A stretch of 64,000 nt of DNA from NCBI GenBank assembly GCA_965206745.1, contig OZ242220.1, forward strand, positions 1,600,001-1,664,000. The letters are read 5' to 3'. Each line of letters opens with the position of its first letter. Position 1 is the first letter of the stretch. This document shows, piece after piece, positions 62,512-64,000 of this stretch. The notes below the pieces were generated by a model, which saw only the letters and a list, made by a program, of their open reading frames with translations, ran no database searches and was not told the origin of the DNA. This DNA comes from Nitrosopumilus sp. (GTDB taxonomy: Archaea; Thermoproteota; Nitrososphaeria; Nitrososphaerales; Nitrosopumilaceae). The position numbers were made by a program, and so were the translations under genes.

Positions 62512-63863
62512 CCAAACAAAAGATATTAAGAGATTTTCTGATTAATGCCGTAAAGGAATCCATTGATAAATTTGATGAAGCCGGTTTAAAAAAAACATTA
62601 AAGCAAAAAAATCTAAAACATTATGAATTTAAAAATGATTGTTTTAATAAAGAAATACCAATTAAAAAAAATGATTTTGAAGAATTTTTCTCAAGAAAAG
62701 AAGTTAAATCAAAATTGGAAAAACTTGATGATTTTGATGACATAGTGGGCATTGTTTCAGGATATTCCAATACGCAGATTTTTTTGAAAAGGAAACTAAC
62801 GGGAAAAAGATTAGTTTTTTCTTTTATGGAAAACTATACAAAAAATGTAGATGATTTTAAATTTGATAGAGAGGTATTTGAAAAGATTTTTAAAAGTTTC
62901 ATCAAATTTTTAGATTCAAAAATTTTACAAGTTCATTATTTTACTCCATTATTTCGTCTATCTTTTCCTTCTAGGCACAATGGAAAAGAATTAGATGAGA
63001 TTAAACTTGTAAAAATTAATGAAGAGCGTTTTAAAATTATCAAAGACAGTTTGGTTGGAGATAGGGCACCTCCCGGTTCACTTCGAAAATTAAGTTATGT
63101 ACTTGAAACAAGTGTGAATTTTGAAGATAATTCATCTGATGAGGATAAGGCTGCTCAAAAAAAATTTAACACATTTCTAAATGCTGCACATTTGTTTGGC
63201 AAGGGTGATTTGAAAATTGGTCCCATTTACAAAAACTATTCCCCTTGGATGTATAATTCATCAAAAATTTTGAATATGCATGAAATTGTACTTGGTCCAA
63301 ACATACTTCAACTGAATTCTTCCTCATATGATGAATTAAAAAGATTTCATCATGAATATTGTAATGTTGATTTTGACAAGGATTGGTCATTTGTTCAGGT
63401 AGCCATAGATAGATTTTCCTCAAGTATTTTGAGAAACGATCCAATTGATAAGATTGTAGATCTTAATGTTGCATTAGAATGCTTGTTCAGTTCCTCTGGT
63501 GAAACGTCATTAAAAATTTCTAATCGTTCTGCAATGATAGTTGGTCTTAATGAAAATGATAGAGAAAATTGTTGGAATTTTATTAAAAATACCTATCGAT
63601 TACGAAATGACATATTGCATGGAAGAAAAGGAAATGATATTGATATGACTAATGACGTTATAGAATTAGAAAAAATCATTCGAACATCCATAAGAAAATT
63701 TCTCAATATTTATAAAAACATATCAAAAAAAGAATTAAAATCACAAAGTAAGACTGGAGATCAAAATATTCGCGATTACATACTAAATGAATTAGATTTA
63801 GGATTGATTAATAGAACCAGATTGAAAACCTTTTCAGTGCAAACAACAGGTAATTTTGATTGA
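62508..63863 (+). CDS. ApeA-like HEPN domain protein
   Basis: AIDRF..IVDLNVALECLF..TYRLRNDILHG. Confidence 0.8.
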   Translation: MTKQKILRDFLINAVKESIDKFDEAGLKKTLKQKNLKHYEFKNDCFNKEIPIKKNDFEEFFSRKEVKSKLEKLDDFDDIVGIVSGYSNTQIFLKRKLTGKRLVFSFMENYTKNVDDFKFDREVFEKIFKSFIKFLDSKILQVHYFTPLFRLSFPSRHNGKELDEIKLVKINEERFKIIKDSLVGDRAPPGSLRKLSYVLETSVNFEDNSSDEDKAAQKKFNTFLNAAHLFGKGDLKIGPIYKNYSPWMYNSSKILNMHEIVLGPNILQLNSSSYDELKRFHHEYCNVDFDKDWSFVQVAIDRFSSSILRNDPIDKIVDLNVALECLFSSSGETSLKISNRSAMIVGLNENDRENCWNFIKNTYRLRNDILHGRKGNDIDMTNDVIELEKIIRTSIRKFLNIYKNISKKELKSQSKTGDQNIRDYILNELDLGLINRTRLKTFSVQTTGNFD

Positions 63864-63876
63864 TATTGCCATCTCA

Positions 63877-64000
63877 TCAATCATTAAATTCATTTGAATG
63901 TTCTTTGGCAAATTCTTTTGCATTTCCTTGATTTTTTATCTGATCAATCATTTCCCAAGCCCATTGTTTTAAAATTCTACGACCTTTCTCATATTCCCAC
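63877..64000 (-). CDS. C-terminus of a gene entering from beyond the window
   Basis: Open frame ..WEYEKGRRILKQWAWEMIDQIKNQGNAKEFAKEHSNEFND*. Confidence 0.5.
   Translation of the reverse strand, partial: WEYEKGRRILKQWAWEMIDQIKNQGNAKEFAKEHSNEFND

Noticed and set aside
63937-63960. Extra palindrome-B half site (tatctgatca)
   Set aside because: Short match inside a probable coding frame
1-64000. tRNA, rRNA, integrase or viral structural genes
   Set aside because: None recognised by eye; island boundaries and any recombinase would lie outside the window

Overview
AT-rich, highly mosaic defence/accessory island with no housekeeping genes. It is most likely from an ammonia-oxidising archaeon (Nitrosopumilaceae-like), inferred from S-layer-type ETGxxTGIF repeats, a Thaumarchaeota-type small Zn-finger gene, SWIM-IS6-type transposase architecture and short or leaderless 5' regions. 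Recognisable systems: the end of a type I-like R-M locus (M + S), an IS6-like element, an OLD-family ATPase/TOPRIM nuclease, Hachiman (hamAB) and a complete phosphorothioation cluster dndBCDE-dndA. There are also many stand-alone HNH, PD-(D/E)XK, AlbA_2 and ApeA/HEPN effectors. Most interesting unexplained features: (i) a six-gene operon right after dndA (SNF2 helicase, YqhG-like, ParB CTPase, ParB-HTH-like, beta-CASP nuclease, HEPN) where DndFGH/PbeABCD would be expected; (ii) a RelA/SpoT synthetase + TRAFAC GTPase + GAP1-N2 operon; (iii) a dispersed GATC-centred 47-bp palindrome plus companion motif, mostly at 3' ends of gene cassettes, with compensatory changes and IS6-like ends; (iv) an origin-like stretch (AT palindromes + iterons) inside a segment bounded by ~380-bp direct repeats. 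All domain calls come from motif recognition by eye; no database searches were run.
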